Shown here: positions 62,572 through 64,000 of the stretch, one piece after another
Numbering within the stretch: position 1 is the first letter of the stretch
Layout of the letters: every line of letters begins with the position of its first letter
NCBI GenBank assembly: GCA_963702565.1
Contig: CAVPDE010000001.1
Coordinates: 6,104-70,103, forward strand
DNA: 64,000 nt
Direction of reading: 5' to 3'
DNA from: an uncultured delta proteobacterium
GTDB lineage: Bacteria; Desulfobacterota; DSM-4660; Desulfatiglandales; HGW-15
The notes under the pieces: model-generated
Databases searched by the model: none
What the model was told of the DNA's origin: nothing
The model's input: only the letters and a program-made list of their open reading frames with translations
Program-made: the position numbers and the translations under genes

Positions 62572-63896
62572 TGAGCGCCCAGCGAAAATTCAATGATGAC
62601 AAGGAACTGAAGGATTGGTTTCGCACCTATTACATCAAGTGGATGGAGACGTGCGACAATTTGAGGTGGGTCTCATCCGGAAGAGGGGAGAAACATCCGC
62701 AAGCCCTGCTGCCTTTTATCCCCTTTGGCTATGTGCCCGGCCTTCCCTACGCAGAGGTGCTGACCAGATTGATTGACGTGCTCTTCGGTCGAATACCAGA
62801 CCAAACCGCGGATCCGCTGGGCAACCCGGCGCACATGGCCTCGATCATCGTGGATCCGGACACCGACGTCCGGCCATACATATTGGTGGAGTACGTGTAC
62901 GGCGGCGTTGTCCAAGAGCACCGACTGTTCAGGGACAGCACTTGGAGCGATGTGGAGCATGCGCTCAGCCGTAGCAAGCATTTTTCCCCGGGTAAACCGA
63001 TCTACAAGAAAACGGTCAAAACGGCATTCCTTCGAAAAATGTACGAACTGCACCAGCAGTGGCTTGTCCATGGGAACAATGCACGGTATCTCATCGATTT
63101 CTTGTTCAACATCCTGCGAGCTCTTCGGGATGGGGAAGCTACTTTCGAGCCCGAGATGCCCATTCTTTCAAACCTCCGGAGCATCCTGAGGCAGATTCGT
63201 TTCCATTCGCAGGGCATGGAAGAGGAAGCCCGTGATTTAGCCATTCGATTTTCCTCTCAAGTGCCCAACCTCCTCATACGGACCCGCGGAGAGGAGGTCC
63301 CCATCGATTTGGGCGGCAAGCGCACGATATCCATATCAGATGAGGCGATGTTCGCTCTACTGGACGGGCTCAAGCTCCATGCCACCCTAGCCGGCTTAAC
63401 CGACTATCTGCTGGAACTCACCGAACGCGGATTGAGTTGCGGATGGTTCAAGATCTCCGGACTGGAGTGGCTCTCAAGGACGTCCATCTGGTGGTTCAAA
63501 CCACGGGTTCGGGCTCTTTCCGGAAAAATGCGGCTTTTGTGCAAGATCATGGCCAACCCGTATCGTATCGCGATGATCTTCGGCACGCGGAAGATCCTCA
63601 TTACTGTGAAAGAAGGTGGCCTGGAAAGTATCGAGGTAGATGATCTGAGAACGGCCCGCGAGCCGACGCTGAGAGACCAATGGTTGTCGTTATGCAATCA
63701 GCATGGTTTCGTTCATCTGGCCATCACTTTGAGGCGTGATCCTCAATCCAAGCACTGGACGCTTAGAGCACCTGGGGATTTTTCGATTTTGCAGCGCATT
63801 GACTTTTTTCCAAACAGCGACTTCATTCGGTTTATTTTGCGAAAGGGGCCGCTTCAACTATTCTTCAATGTCCTTATGCCATTTCTCTCGGCTTAA
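62571..63896 (+). CDS. Hypothetical protein, translationally coupled to the DUF362 fusion
   Basis: 441-aa ORF whose ATG overlaps the upstream TGA (TGATG). No domain was recognised by eye. Confidence 0.55.
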   Translation: MSAQRKFNDDKELKDWFRTYYIKWMETCDNLRWVSSGRGEKHPQALLPFIPFGYVPGLPYAEVLTRLIDVLFGRIPDQTADPLGNPAHMASIIVDPDTDVRPYILVEYVYGGVVQEHRLFRDSTWSDVEHALSRSKHFSPGKPIYKKTVKTAFLRKMYELHQQWLVHGNNARYLIDFLFNILRALRDGEATFEPEMPILSNLRSILRQIRFHSQGMEEEARDLAIRFSSQVPNLLIRTRGEEVPIDLGGKRTISISDEAMFALLDGLKLHATLAGLTDYLLELTERGLSCGWFKISGLEWLSRTSIWWFKPRVRALSGKMRLLCKIMANPYRIAMIFGTRKILITVKEGGLESIEVDDLRTAREPTLRDQWLSLCNQHGFVHLAITLRRDPQSKHWTLRAPGDFSILQRIDFFPNSDFIRFILRKGPLQLFFNVLMPFLSA

Positions 63897-64000
63897 AGGG
63901 ATCGGAAAAGAATCGGCACACCACCCGTGTGAGTTTTCTCCAAAGAAAGAGAGTGATATACAAAATCAATCATGCGATGTTCAAGATGCCAATGCGAAAA

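Noticed and set aside
63972-64000. Start of another gene at the window edge (ATG CGA TGT TCA AGA TGC CAA TGC.., a Cys-rich zinc-ribbon-like start).
   Set aside because: Only 9 codons are visible and the SD is poor, so it cannot be evaluated.

Overview
Moderately GC-rich bacterial chromosomal window. The gene content is diderm-type (Mla lipid transport, AmtB/PII/GlnD, HypAB, EF-P/EpmA, Tat-exported SOD), and the taxon cannot be fixed from sequence alone. There are four blocks. (1) 1-20.5 kb is housekeeping and nitrogen control: a PEP-binding protein, gdhA, a small cNMP/rhodanese/MauE operon, a KaiC-like/HTH/cupin regulator, two PII-GlnD pairs mirrored around a sigma54-driven amtB, a PLP dehydratase, sod and efp-epmA. 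(2) 20.7-40.4 kb, all on the minus strand, is a large RHS/YD-repeat polymorphic-toxin locus. It holds one Sec-signal RHS gene with a 3x3 beta-sandwich repeat region, a PASTA domain and the RHS core. Behind it lies a chain of orphan core fragments, C-terminal toxin/immunity cassettes, a truncated ISL3 element and a 2.48-kb near-identical internal duplication. Three paralogous Cys-rich secreted proteins are joined to the same RHS breakpoint. A conserved 56-75 bp hairpin element occurs four times, upstream of the main gene and at three cassette boundaries. Many RHS pieces are broken by 1-nt indels, several in homopolymers. (3) 40.4-51.2 kb holds cNMP-binding sensors, a STAS-MlaE/MlaF/MlaD/lipoprotein operon, an MBL hydrolase, a kinase-like protein, hypAB, DUF2333 and a response regulator. 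(4) 52.1-63.9 kb follows an AT-richer 0.9-kb gap and looks accessory. It encodes a stand-alone caspase-like C14 peptidase, a large PHP-domain protein, three tandem paralogous small proteins, a metallophosphoesterase, a polytopic-membrane::DUF362 fusion and an unknown 441-aa protein. Several intergenic regions share an unusual vocabulary of 7-8 bp periodic word repeats arranged as inverted arrays. No rRNA, tRNA or CRISPR array was recognised.
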